Notes: generated by a model from the sequence alone, not told the origin. A DNA stretch of 64,000 bases from Minisyncoccota bacterium (GCA_035708305.1 DASSSU010000029.1:576-64575), one strand, 5' to 3'. Counted from the stretch's first letter, positions 53,839 to 63,920 are shown. Program-made: numbers and translations.

Positions 53839-54005
53839 AAAAATGATCTTGAAAAGACATTATACCATGACGCATTTTCAACGTTTTTTCCCTCCTTCGG
53901 CGTTCAAAAGTCTCTAAAAAACTACGATATGGAAGAAATATTTTATCAAGATTGTTTTTCTTTTTTGGAAATGGTATTACAGAATTTTCCGGACAAGAAA
54001 TTTTC

Positions 54006-54776
54006 ATGAATACCACGAATTCTTCCTCGACTCCCGTTTATCTGCAGCCGGCCTCGCTGGGGCTAGCGGTCATTCTTTTATATTTTGCGCACACTTATGA
54101 CGAGTCTTACATTCTTTCAAAAAATTCTCCACATCTTGCCTACGCAGCACAGCAGGTAGAGACGCAGGCACAGGGAGATATTGGGACATCATCTGATTTT
54201 TCACAGGCTCCTGGTGGAGCGAGTATTCTTCCGGGTTCGGATGCGGAGAAGTCGAATATTCAGCTCGCACAAGCATGGTCAGGTTTAGCACCGCGAGTAG
54301 AATCCAGCTCTTCTACAATCAATGCCGCAGGGAATGACATGGAGGCAGTGGAAATAAAAAAACAAGAAGCAAAAGCACTGAACAGTTCACCAATCTCTCC
54401 CTCCACCTCTTCCGAATCTTCGTCTGCCGCACCTTCCAGTAATTTTTCTCATTCTTCTGTTTCACAATCTGAAACGGAAGCCTTGGCGGCACTCAACCCA
54501 AAGCTTCGCCCGGTCTGTGCGTGTGAAAGTGCAGGAAGGTGGACGGGAACACCGCGGCAGTTTGACGCAAATGGCGATCCGCTCATGAATTTTGGCGGAA
54601 CGGGTGATGTAGGCATGTGTCAGATCAATGTTCGGTATCACGAAGAGGATGCCAAAGCACTTGGGTACGACCTCTACACATCCATGGGAAATGTGCTTTT
54701 CGCAAATTACCTTTTTTCCCTTCAAGGGTATCAGCCGTGGCTTGCGAGTGAAGCATGCTGGAGAAACGCACTGTAA
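54006..54776 (+). CDS. Lysozyme/SLT-like protein, paralog of 50388-51191
   Basis: VCACES, TPRQF, DVGMCQIN, LGYDL and PW.ASE.CW motifs. Confidence 0.7.
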   Translation: MNTTNSSSTPVYLQPASLGLAVILLYFAHTYDESYILSKNSPHLAYAAQQVETQAQGDIGTSSDFSQAPGGASILPGSDAEKSNIQLAQAWSGLAPRVESSSSTINAAGNDMEAVEIKKQEAKALNSSPISPSTSSESSSAAPSSNFSHSSVSQSETEALAALNPKLRPVCACESAGRWTGTPRQFDANGDPLMNFGGTGDVGMCQINVRYHEEDAKALGYDLYTSMGNVLFANYLFSLQGYQPWLASEACWRNAL

Positions 54777-54834
54777 TTTTTTTTATTTTCTTCCTTTCAT
54801 TTCTTTGGCAAATGGCATAGAATGACAAGACTTT

Positions 54835-55806
54835 ATGCTGATCGATGAAGCAAAAATTCATATCACTGCCGGCCATGGGGGGAAGGGTGGCATGTATTTC
54901 AACCGGACAAGAATGTCACTCGGACCGACGGGTGGTAATGGCGGTCGTGGCGGAAGCATTGTATTTCGTGCGGTCTCCGATCTGGGGGCGCTTCAATTTT
55001 ATCGCCACAAGAAAAAATTCCAGGCGGAAAATGGACAGGACGGACGGGCACAGTTTGTGGACGGATCGGATGGGCAGGACCTCTTTCTTCCGGTTCCGGT
55101 GGGGACAGTAGTGGAAAATCTCTCTGAAGGAACTTCACGGGAATTGCTGAAAATTGGGGAAGAGTTTCTCGCAGCAAAGGGCGGCGCGGGCGGAAAGGGA
55201 AACTTCAAATTCCGTTCTTCTACGAATACGACTCCGAAAGAATTCCAACCCGGGTTACCGGGGGAGGATTTTGACACGCAGCTTCGTTTAAAGCTTATCG
55301 CGGATGTTGGTTTTGTTGGACTTCCGAATGTGGGCAAGTCCACGCTTTTGAATGCGCTTACGAATGCCAAAAGCAAAGTGGCAGACTATGCCTTTACGAC
55401 ACTGGAACCGCACTTGGGAGTGTATTATGGGATTATTCTCGCGGACATTCCCGGACTCATTGAAGGCGCATCGGAAGGGAAGGGCCTGGGGCATAAATTT
55501 CTCCGTCACATCGAACGCACCGGCGTCCTCTTTCATTTTCTTGCGGCGGATTCGGAAGATATTTTGAATGATTACGAAACGATTCGAAAAGAACTTGCGG
55601 CATTCAGCCCGAGCCTTTCGGAGAAAAAAGAATATCTGATTATCAGCAAAAGCGATCAGGTCTCAGAAAAAGAACTTACCGAACTTCTTCAGAAGGCAAA
55701 AAAAATCAATCCGGAAGCAATCGCCATCACCATGTACGATGATGCAACACTTGAGCCGGTGAAAAAAATTCTGCAAACACTTCTGGAAGAGAAAAAGGTT
55801 TCATAA
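54835..55806 (+). CDS. obgE: Obg GTPase (no C-terminal domain)
   Basis: Gly-rich Obg fold; ADVGFVGLPNVGKST, YAFTTL and DIPGLIEGA motifs. Confidence 0.96.
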   Translation: MLIDEAKIHITAGHGGKGGMYFNRTRMSLGPTGGNGGRGGSIVFRAVSDLGALQFYRHKKKFQAENGQDGRAQFVDGSDGQDLFLPVPVGTVVENLSEGTSRELLKIGEEFLAAKGGAGGKGNFKFRSSTNTTPKEFQPGLPGEDFDTQLRLKLIADVGFVGLPNVGKSTLLNALTNAKSKVADYAFTTLEPHLGVYYGIILADIPGLIEGASEGKGLGHKFLRHIERTGVLFHFLAADSEDILNDYETIRKELAAFSPSLSEKKEYLIISKSDQVSEKELTELLQKAKKINPEAIAITMYDDATLEPVKKILQTLLEEKKVS

Positions 55807-55888
55807 TTTTGATATTTTGCGTTTGGGTTGACAGTCTGCAAAAAGAAAGTACAGTAGCATTGGAATCCGACAAAAAGAGGGTACGTTC

Positions 55889-56455
55889 GTGAACCATCAA
55901 CCTTCATCTACCATTCCTTGTTTGGAAAAATTCCGGCAAGTGTTGATGCCCAGGAGGATACGTCCGTTCTTTGACATGCTGCAGTTCGCTGATTCAAACC
56001 GGATCTACATTTCTCCCAATTTTGAAAATCACATTTTTGTTGAAGCGGTTGTTGAGCAGCTCAATGAATTCCTGATTAGACAGCATCTGCCATCGACCTT
56101 TCTTCGCTTGACCCGTCAAGCGAAGAGTGAACACATTTGGGATCATCTTCCCCCTGGATCGATTTTTGAGAGTCCCAAAGTGTTTTGCATTCTCTTCTCC
56201 ATCATCATAGAGATGACAAAAGTACCAGCTGATTTTGATGTCATCTCTTATGTGCGGGGGAAAAAGCCCAACGATGGTGTGAGGAAACCAAAAGAAAAGC
56301 CGTTTGTGGTAAGGGCTCGCTATCGTCCGCGCAATACTTTGCACTGGCTTTTCGATGCTTTTTTGCCTGAAGGAAGCCGAGTGTGGGAAAAAGATGTTTT
56401 CTTTCTTTCTAACGTCGGAAAAAGAAAATCCGCTCTTGATGTGGAAGAAAAATAG
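55889..56455 (+). CDS. Orphan hypothetical protein
   Basis: TTGACA..TACAGT promoter, GAGG SD, terminator 56484-56517. Confidence 0.55.
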   Translation: MNHQPSSTIPCLEKFRQVLMPRRIRPFFDMLQFADSNRIYISPNFENHIFVEAVVEQLNEFLIRQHLPSTFLRLTRQAKSEHIWDHLPPGSIFESPKVFCILFSIIIEMTKVPADFDVISYVRGKKPNDGVRKPKEKPFVVRARYRPRNTLHWLFDAFLPEGSRVWEKDVFFLSNVGKRKSALDVEEK

Positions 56456-56528
56456 TTGACCATGGGTGCGTGTAAGCGCTTTGACCCTCCGAAGTCTTTC
56501 CGGAGGGTTTTTGTTTTTGCAAATTTTT

Positions 56529-57440
56529 CTATGAACCCGAACTGATTTTTTGGAAAGTGGTCACCGTGTATCCCGCCTGCTTGATAGCATCGAGCAGCTG
56601 AAGGTAGGATTGGTATTCTGTCTGGTTTAAGTTCCCTTGAGCATCGGCATAGTTCTGTGGGTGAATCATGATCACACAGAAATTTTTTGTCTGGAAAGTT
56701 GTTTCGCATTCATTGATGACGTCTTGCGCGTCAGAGAAAGTGTTGGTGGTGTAGTTCCAGCTGGAAGCATCGTAATCGTATTTGCCGGTTCCTTGAGCGG
56801 AAATAACATCAAAGCCTGCTTGAGTCACTGCTTCTCTGGCAGGATCAGAAATGACGTTGTTCGGAGGGATAAACGTGGTGAGATTTTGCTTGGTGAGGAA
56901 CGGAAGGTTTTTAAACAGAATCGCTTCCCCGAGCTGGATTTTTTGTGCTGCCTCGCTCTGTGTGAGATCTCCAAACTCTGGGCCGGAAACGCTGACACCA
57001 TTTTGGATCACATGGTGTGTATAGCCGTGCATGGCTACTTCAATGTTGCAGTGATTATTGTCAAGAAACTGAAGTAGTGTGGCGTTTTCAGAAAGGTTGA
57101 TCGGTATGACTGCCGCAACCACAGGGAAGCCTTTGGCGAAAGCATCTTTCATCATCTCCATGCTGATGTTGGTCCATCCGTATGCCTGGACGTCGTCAAT
57201 TCGTAAAATCACTTGTTTGTTTGAAGACGGCTGAGGTGGCAGTGGAACACACCCGTATGTGTCGGCACCGGACGCCATGCTGACAATCGGTGTCATTCCC
57301 ATTCCTGAAAAGTACAGAAAAACAATAAGAATAGACAAAAGTACCGCGAGAAAAACAAGGAAGCGGTTGAACGGAGAAGATTTCCGCCGCGGCGGATCCG
57401 GGAGGGGAAAATATGGTTGTGGTTGAAGTTCTGGTGGCAT
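56529..57440 (-). CDS. Membrane-anchored polysaccharide deacetylase-like protein (DUF2334-like)
   Basis: LRIDD, MHGYTH, FIPP.N and IMIHPQ motifs. Confidence 0.8.
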   Translation of the reverse strand: MPPELQPQPYFPLPDPPRRKSSPFNRFLVFLAVLLSILIVFLYFSGMGMTPIVSMASGADTYGCVPLPPQPSSNKQVILRIDDVQAYGWTNISMEMMKDAFAKGFPVVAAVIPINLSENATLLQFLDNNHCNIEVAMHGYTHHVIQNGVSVSGPEFGDLTQSEAAQKIQLGEAILFKNLPFLTKQNLTTFIPPNNVISDPAREAVTQAGFDVISAQGTGKYDYDASSWNYTTNTFSDAQDVINECETTFQTKNFCVIMIHPQNYADAQGNLNQTEYQSYLQLLDAIKQAGYTVTTFQKISSGS

Positions 57441-57611
57441 ATGAAAATTCTCTTTTATATATACAAATATTTTACGCGGGGTTTTAACGAAACTTATGAA
57501 GAGAATTTATGCCAGTCTGTCGCGTTTGTCAATGAAGAAGGGATGGGTTGACAAGAAAGACTTCGTGTTATATTTTTTAGAGTGGAATTACCAAATCGCA
57601 GAGGTGTGAAG

Positions 57612-57884
57612 ATGGATAAAAAAACGGACGAAGAAGACGGTGAAGTACTCCGGGAAGTGATTCGTACGGGATATCTTGCGTATTGTGAGATGAATCCCAA
57701 TAACCACCTACTCAGTCATAAAGAAAAATTTGCGGGTGGTGCACAAATCCTTCTGAATCTCTTCAGGTGTCTCGGAGGAGCACCAGGAATCATAGATCTC
57801 CTCAGTGGAAGAACAAAAATAGTGTCGATCAAGTCGGAAGATGTTAAGTCCGGCGACAAGACGAATAGTATCAATTATTTTTAA
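57612..57884 (+). CDS. Orphan hypothetical protein
   Basis: TTGACA-16-TATATT promoter, GAGGTG SD, terminator 57898-57932. Confidence 0.5.
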   Translation: MDKKTDEEDGEVLREVIRTGYLAYCEMNPNNHLLSHKEKFAGGAQILLNLFRCLGGAPGIIDLLSGRTKIVSIKSEDVKSGDKTNSINYF

Positions 57885-57970
57885 AATTGAGTATTCTAGC
57901 CCCGAACACCCGCTTCGGGGCTTTTATTTTTTTGAATTTCAATTTCAAAAATTTTTTAATTTTTTAGAGA

Positions 57971-58873
57971 TTATTTCTCTGGCGAGTCGGATGCGTATTC
58001 AATGTCCTCTCCCGCCAAAGAGTGATCTTGCAGCATGGTTTTTGACCCCGCAAGGATGACCAGTCCGGTGATGAGGATGACTCCACAAAGCGCCTCAAAG
58101 AAGAGCGTGATCTTTGTGTGCCGCAGCACATCGCCAAAGAGAACGATTCCCAGGATCACTGCACCCAAAGAAGCGGCGGTCATCATGGCAGGCTGTGAAG
58201 CGGAGAGCGGCCCCGAGCTGTAGGCGTTTTGCACCAGAAGTACCGACGAAACGCCCACGAGAAGAAGTGCGTATACTTGCCATCCGGTGAGAAAAGCCGG
58301 AATGCCCTCCGAAAGGCGTATGACTGCGAGTTTGGTAAATGCTCCAGTGAGTGCAAACCCGCTTCCGGCTACGAACCCCAAAAGCGCCGCACGGGAGATT
58401 TTTCCCAGGTGCCGCGCGGTGAAGACAGAAACAAGAACTATCAGGGCGATCAAGCTACCGCTCACGATCCAGGCTCCCGGATGAAACATTTCTGTTCCAC
58501 CACCTGGGTTCGCTGCCAGCAAGAAACCACTTAACCCCAAAATAATTGCGACCGCGCCGCTCCACTCTCTTGTGCCGAGCGGCACATGATATTCAAAATA
58601 CAAAATCGCGAGCAGGAAAAGCAGGTCTACGGTCATGATCGGCTCTACAAGCGAAAGCTGCCCTTTGCTGAGCGCGGCCGCTTCAAAAACAAACGCGACT
58701 ACTTGACAGAGAATCCCGGCAATCCAAATCGGGTGAGTGAGAAGGTAGGAAAGGAGTTTGGCAGTGAAGAGTGAATCGGGCGGCGCTTCCTTTCCGGCGC
58801 GCCGCTGAAGCACGGAAGCAAGAGCGTTAAAAAAAGCTGCCGCGAGTGCAAAGATGATGGCAAGTGAAATCAT
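57971..58873 (-). CDS. DMT-family membrane transporter
   Basis: About 9 TM; ALASVLQ, ALS.G.LSLVEP and QNAY..GPL.ASQP motifs. Confidence 0.85.
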   Translation of the reverse strand: MISLAIIFALAAAFFNALASVLQRRAGKEAPPDSLFTAKLLSYLLTHPIWIAGILCQVVAFVFEAAALSKGQLSLVEPIMTVDLLFLLAILYFEYHVPLGTREWSGAVAIILGLSGFLLAANPGGGTEMFHPGAWIVSGSLIALIVLVSVFTARHLGKISRAALLGFVAGSGFALTGAFTKLAVIRLSEGIPAFLTGWQVYALLLVGVSSVLLVQNAYSSGPLSASQPAMMTAASLGAVILGIVLFGDVLRHTKITLFFEALCGVILITGLVILAGSKTMLQDHSLAGEDIEYASDSPEK

Positions 58874-59070
58874 TTTTTCATTATAGATGATTTTTGAAAA
58901 AAGATTGATGAGGAATGCACAGAGAGAACAAGAGAAGAAAAGAAAAAGTTTTTTCAAAAAAATTTATAAATGTAAAAAATTTCAAAATGTTAATATTTCC
59001 TTCAGGTTTTTTTTCTATAATAATGAAAGTTTATTCGCAACCGCGAACACTCGCGGAAAAATAAAAATAT

Positions 59071-59289
59071 ATGCCAAAAGCAAAATCAAAAAAGCAGCAA
59101 ATGGCAGCCGGAGCGGCACTCAGTGCCAAGAGAGGGAAACGCAAGAAGTCTTCTCTGAAAGGCGCATCAAAGTCTATGAGCAAATCTATGTCGGAACGTC
59201 AGCTGGAGAACATGGCGCGGACAAAGCGAAAGGATAAGCCAGTGCGAAAAAGTCCAAAGAGGAAGAAAACCGTGCAGAAGAAAAAATAA
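59071..59289 (+). CDS. DUF3008-like small basic protein
   Basis: KSKKQQMAAGAALSAKRG...LKGASKSM..SMSE.QL. Confidence 0.8.
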   Translation: MPKAKSKKQQMAAGAALSAKRGKRKKSSLKGASKSMSKSMSERQLENMARTKRKDKPVRKSPKRKKTVQKKK

Positions 59290-59292
59290 ATT

Positions 59293-59646
59293 TTAGTCTT
59301 TGCGCAGGGATTCCAGGAATTTGAGCAGTGTAGGAATATGTGAATGTTCCAAATCTTTCACAGCGGTGAGCAGAGTCACGTTCTTTTTCCACCTGTGAAC
59401 TTCTTCGGAAAGATCTTTTTTGTTGCTTTGCAATTCTTCCCGATACGCTTTTTCAAATCCGCTCCAGTTTCTTCCTTTATTTTCGTGAAACCACGAGCGA
59501 AGTTCGTTTGAAGGGGTGGCTTCTTTGAACCAAAAGTCCACCTGAGCTTTGTCTTTGGAAATCCCGCGTGGCCACAGCCGGTCTACCAATACGCGAAACC
59601 CGTCACTTTTTTTCGGGTCATCGTAAATTCTTTTAATTTTTATCAT
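59293..59646 (-). CDS. DUF488 (YeaO-like) protein
   Basis: KRIYD....DGFRVLVDRLWPRG and PS.ELR.WFH motifs. Confidence 0.92.
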   Translation of the reverse strand: MIKIKRIYDDPKKSDGFRVLVDRLWPRGISKDKAQVDFWFKEATPSNELRSWFHENKGRNWSGFEKAYREELQSNKKDLSEEVHRWKKNVTLLTAVKDLEHSHIPTLLKFLESLRKD

Positions 59647-59793
59647 ACGTGCATTATATCACCCCTGATTTTCAAGGGTGTGAACTTTGGGCGGATAAAA
59701 AACCAGCGAAACAGGCGTCGCACAAAAAAGTGAGACAAAAAAACAACCCCGGAAAATACGAGGGTTGTTTTTTTATTTTGTTTAATTTTCCTT

Positions 59794-61128
59794 TTACTGT
59801 ACGGACTCCGATCCGATCTCCTGCTGGGGGTCAAAGCTTTCCAGGAGTGGCATTTCCGCTGCAAGGGTCGCTGCTGACCATGCCTGGAGACGACAGGCCC
59901 CTTGTCCGGTGGCGGAGCGATATTCCTGGTACCCTTCGTCGTACACAAAAAGTTCAAGCGGTGTGTCGAAGTGAAGCAAGGCTTTGGCGAGTGCTTCCCG
60001 AACTTGTTCCGCTTCTTTCTCATACCCGAAACGATCCAGTCCTTCAGCGATCATACCGGTGTCATGCGGCCAGATGGATCCGTTGTGGTAGCTGTTTGCC
60101 TCAAATTGTGAAGAATCTTTTGAAAGGGTGCGAATGCCCGCTTCCGGTTCAAAAAGATCGTTTTGCATGAGACGCTTTACTAAGAACGGAATATATTTCT
60201 CGTCCAAAATCGTATCCGGCTGCTCGCTCCCGTCAAACTTCCACGATGCCCAGAGCACGTGTCCCTGGCTGGAGCGCGCCGCTTCAAGTGGTTTGCCGAC
60301 TCCGTCAATGCCGTTTGCAATGGAGAAGTTTTCGCTCTCTAAAACAAATTTTTCATTGAATGCTTTTTTTAAAGTGGCAGCTCTTTCGCTCAGTTCTTTT
60401 GCAAAATCACTTTCTTTTTTTTCATGGGCAAAGAAATCCGACCACATGCGAAGCGCCATGTATGCGTACGCCTGAACTTCTACGGGTGCGATCGGGTAAG
60501 GGGTTTCGCTGCCGTCTTCGTGAAAGAGTGATTCGTCGCTGTCCATCCAGCTTTGTACGTGAAGTCCACCGTGAACGCGTTCTGGGCTGAACTGGTAGTC
60601 AATAAACTGGTCGCCATTGCTGTCGCCGTAATCCAAAACCCATCGGAGTGCTGCGCGGACGTGTGGAAGCGCGTTTTCGAGAAATTCTTGATCACCGGAC
60701 GCCTTCCAATATCGGTAGGTCGCCATGAGCAGAAGCGGCGTGCCGTCCACCGTGTCATAAATTCGCATTTTTCCATCTGGGTAGACGTACCATGGCGGGT
60801 TGTGCCACTTGGTCAAATGCTCGTGATTTTCCGGGCGATACTCATGAATACACTTTCCTGGTTCTTCGCCGCTTTCAATATTGACTTCTTTCCCCTGAAG
60901 GAGAAAAAGATTTTCGAGTGATTTTTTCACAACCGAGAGAAGATGAGCATCGCCATTGTATTGATAGGCGCGGATCAGCTTCATGTCGGTAATGAGTGAA
61001 TCCCGGCCAAAAATGCATCCAAAAATTTCCTCTCGTCCGGAAGCAAGAATGCCGGTGTCCGTCTCAAGCTCCTTTACGGCGGCGAGTCCTATGGAGGACA
61101 AGTGCCGAGTCATTTCGTTCGTCATCAT
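59794..61128 (-). CDS. Amylo-alpha-1,6-glucosidase-like glycoside hydrolase (GDE C-terminal family)
   Basis: FGRDSLI, EEPGK..HE, W.DS, EVQAY, SYHNGSIWPHD and QAWSAA motifs. Confidence 0.9.
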   Translation of the reverse strand: MMTNEMTRHLSSIGLAAVKELETDTGILASGREEIFGCIFGRDSLITDMKLIRAYQYNGDAHLLSVVKKSLENLFLLQGKEVNIESGEEPGKCIHEYRPENHEHLTKWHNPPWYVYPDGKMRIYDTVDGTPLLLMATYRYWKASGDQEFLENALPHVRAALRWVLDYGDSNGDQFIDYQFSPERVHGGLHVQSWMDSDESLFHEDGSETPYPIAPVEVQAYAYMALRMWSDFFAHEKKESDFAKELSERAATLKKAFNEKFVLESENFSIANGIDGVGKPLEAARSSQGHVLWASWKFDGSEQPDTILDEKYIPFLVKRLMQNDLFEPEAGIRTLSKDSSQFEANSYHNGSIWPHDTGMIAEGLDRFGYEKEAEQVREALAKALLHFDTPLELFVYDEGYQEYRSATGQGACRLQAWSAATLAAEMPLLESFDPQQEIGSESVQ

Positions 61129-61437
61129 GTGAGTGCTGTTTTAACATTGAATAATCTGAGAATCTTGTCCTCGTGTTGTTCTGGAAGACGCGTGGAAAGC
61201 AGGATTCTTACCCGAATATCAATATTTTATCGGATTTTTCTGAAGTTTTCCTGAAATTTTGTAAGAATTCCGTGTTTTTTCCGTCTCATGCGGTAGCGCA
61301 AAAGGGCGATCTTAATGCAGGAAAAACAGTCTGCCGTAAGATTACTCATATTTTGCCGGAGGTTTTTCAAAAAATCTCCCGAGTTCTTTCACAGTTTTTA
61401 GTTTCTAATCTTGTTCAGCAGCGAGAGGAATCTCTAA

Positions 61438-62622
61438 ATGGCTTACCCATTTACTCGCGATATCAATGTTCTTGATCGCGGCTCAAATTCTTTGCGCATT
61501 GCCATGGTCGCTCCTTTGGTAGAGAGCGTGCCGCCGAAGTATTATGGCGGAACGGAGCGAGTCATGGATTGGCTCATAAAAGCGCTTCTTCAAATGGGGC
61601 ATCGTATCACGCTTTTTGCGAGCGGTGATTCTGTTACTGGCGCAGAGCTTCATGCTTGTGTACCGAAAAATCTTCGCGAGATGTGGAAAGAAATTCCGGA
61701 TGATCAGAAACCGGAAGATTACGTCGCGTGGCAAAAGCGCTACACCAAGAAAATGCTTGACGATGTGTACCTCCTCGCCATGAATGGCGAGTTTGATGTT
61801 GTTCATTTAAATGTGGACGACCCATATGCGTTTGAGCTTTTCTCAGACACAAATCTTCCGTGCGCGGTTGTTATGACCATGCATGGTCGGCAGGATTATA
61901 AGTGGCTCCACGCTGCATACAGGAAGCATCCGCTTCCATTGGTATCAATTTCCAATAATCAGCGTGAGTTAATGGTTCCAAACGCCAACTGGGCAGGAAC
62001 CGTATACCATGGTTTGCCGGAGGATTTGTATCAAGTAGAAAATGCGGAGCAAGGTGAGTACTTGCTTTTCATTGGACGCACCAGTCCCGAAAAAGGACTG
62101 AAACAGGCGATAGAGATTGCCGTAAAGGCAAACATGGAGTTGAAGATTGTTGCGAAGATTGATCCAAGTGAGGAAGATTACTTTTGGAAGGAAATCCAAC
62201 CGCTAATTTTCGAAAACCATTCCCTGGTTAAATTCTGTGGTGAGAAGGGAGATGCTGAAAAGCAGGAACTTCTCTCTGGCGCACGGGCGCTTCTTTTCCC
62301 GATTTGTTGGCCCGAACCGTTTGGCCTTGTGATGATCGAAGCCATGGCTACCGGCCGGCCGGTGATTGCTTACCGGCATGGTTCTGTGCCGGAGGTTCTC
62401 CAACATGGAGAAACCGGATTTATCATCAAGGATGACGCGGAAGCTGCGGCTTTGTCGGTTGAGATGGCAAAGCACCTCAAACCCCAAAACATCCGTCGGA
62501 TTTTTAAAGATCGATTTTCCAATGTTCGTATGGCGGAAGGGTACGTGGAGATTTACAAAAAATTAATCTCCGAGAACCAAGTCGCAAGAAAGCCAAAAGC
62601 TTTCACCAAACTGGCAGGATAG
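61438..62622 (+). CDS. Glycosyltransferase family 4
   Basis: ESVPP..YGGTER, LFASGDS and WPEPFGLVMIEAMA motifs. Confidence 0.93.
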   Translation: MAYPFTRDINVLDRGSNSLRIAMVAPLVESVPPKYYGGTERVMDWLIKALLQMGHRITLFASGDSVTGAELHACVPKNLREMWKEIPDDQKPEDYVAWQKRYTKKMLDDVYLLAMNGEFDVVHLNVDDPYAFELFSDTNLPCAVVMTMHGRQDYKWLHAAYRKHPLPLVSISNNQRELMVPNANWAGTVYHGLPEDLYQVENAEQGEYLLFIGRTSPEKGLKQAIEIAVKANMELKIVAKIDPSEEDYFWKEIQPLIFENHSLVKFCGEKGDAEKQELLSGARALLFPICWPEPFGLVMIEAMATGRPVIAYRHGSVPEVLQHGETGFIIKDDAEAAALSVEMAKHLKPQNIRRIFKDRFSNVRMAEGYVEIYKKLISENQVARKPKAFTKLAG

Positions 62623-62659
62623 CTGAACTGTAAAAACAAAACTGAAATAAATGTAATCA

Positions 62660-62697
62660 AAAGGACCTCTTTCGCGGGGTCCTTTCTTTATTTTTTA
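62660..62697 (+). terminator. Intrinsic terminator
   Basis: AAAGGACCTC/GGGGTCCTTT plus T-rich tail. Confidence 0.65.
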
Positions 62698-62720
62698 AAT
62701 AAAAGCTTTTCCAATTTACT

Positions 62721-63920
62721 TTGATATGGTATAATCCACCTATCAATTTGTTCAATCACAAAAATATCAAGCTCCGTATCGCCATGGTTGCTCCTTTGGT
62801 AGAGAGCGTACCGCCGCAGCTTTATGGCGGAACTGAGCGGTTTGTGGCCTGGCTGGTAAATGCTCTTGTTGCCATGGGGCACGATGTGACTCTCTTTGCG
62901 AGCGGAGATTCACAAACTTCCGCCCGTCTTCACAAGTGTTCGCCGAAAAACCTTCGTCGTATGTACGAAGATCTCAAGGAAAAGCCTGCTGACTATATCG
63001 CATGGCAGAAACAAGCGACTCATGCGATGCTTCAGGAAGTCTTTAAGCACGTCATGAACGGCGAGTTTGATATTGTTCACTTAAATGTGGATGATCCCGA
63101 GGCTTTCAGACTCTTTTCTTCAAAAGAACTTCCATGTCCGGTGGTGATGACCATGCACGGACGCTTGGATCTTGAAGGATTGCGGGCAGCGTATCAGGAA
63201 CATCCGCTTCCGTTGGTTTCCATTTCGAACGATCAGCGGACGCATTTTAAAATGTCCAACGCCAACTGGGCGGGCACGGTATACCACGGCCTACCGGAAG
63301 ATCTCTATCAGCTGGAAAACGAAACACTGGGGGACTACTTGCTTTTCATCGGAAGAGTGAGCAGGGAAAAAGGATTGGAGAGTGCGATTCGGATTGCTGG
63401 TGAAGCGCACATTCCTCTGAAAATCATTGCCAAGATCGACCCGACGGATCGGGAGTATTATCGGGAGAAAATACATCCTCTCATTTTCGGCAATTCGAAT
63501 ATCGAGTTTGTTGGTGAGAAAAACGACCAAGAAAAACAGAAGTACTTGAACAGAGCACGTGCACTTATCTTTCCGATCAACTGGCCGGAACCGTTTGGCC
63601 TGGTGATGATCGAAGCCATGGCTACCGGCCGGCCGGTAGTCGCCTTTGGGTGTGGTTCTGTTCCAGAAGTATTGAAGCACGGTGAGACTGGCTTTGTGGT
63701 AGAAAAAGAAAATTACGAAGACAAAATCCGTGAGGCGATTCACTTTGTAAATGCCTGCAAAAATCTTTCTCCTCAAAAGATCCGCAAAATTTTTCTCAGA
63801 GATTTCACGGCAAAAAAAATGGCGGAAGGATACGTGGAGATTTATCAAAAACTTTGGCAAGAACGCAGAGCAGGACAAAAAACGCAGAACTTGTGGATGA
63901 AAAAAGGAAAAATTGTATAA
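62721..63920 (+). CDS. Glycosyltransferase family 4, tandem paralog (start uncertain)
   Basis: Same motifs as 61438-62622. Confidence 0.92.
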   Translation: MIWYNPPINLFNHKNIKLRIAMVAPLVESVPPQLYGGTERFVAWLVNALVAMGHDVTLFASGDSQTSARLHKCSPKNLRRMYEDLKEKPADYIAWQKQATHAMLQEVFKHVMNGEFDIVHLNVDDPEAFRLFSSKELPCPVVMTMHGRLDLEGLRAAYQEHPLPLVSISNDQRTHFKMSNANWAGTVYHGLPEDLYQLENETLGDYLLFIGRVSREKGLESAIRIAGEAHIPLKIIAKIDPTDREYYREKIHPLIFGNSNIEFVGEKNDQEKQKYLNRARALIFPINWPEPFGLVMIEAMATGRPVVAFGCGSVPEVLKHGETGFVVEKENYEDKIREAIHFVNACKNLSPQKIRKIFLRDFTAKKMAEGYVEIYQKLWQERRAGQKTQNLWMKKGKIV

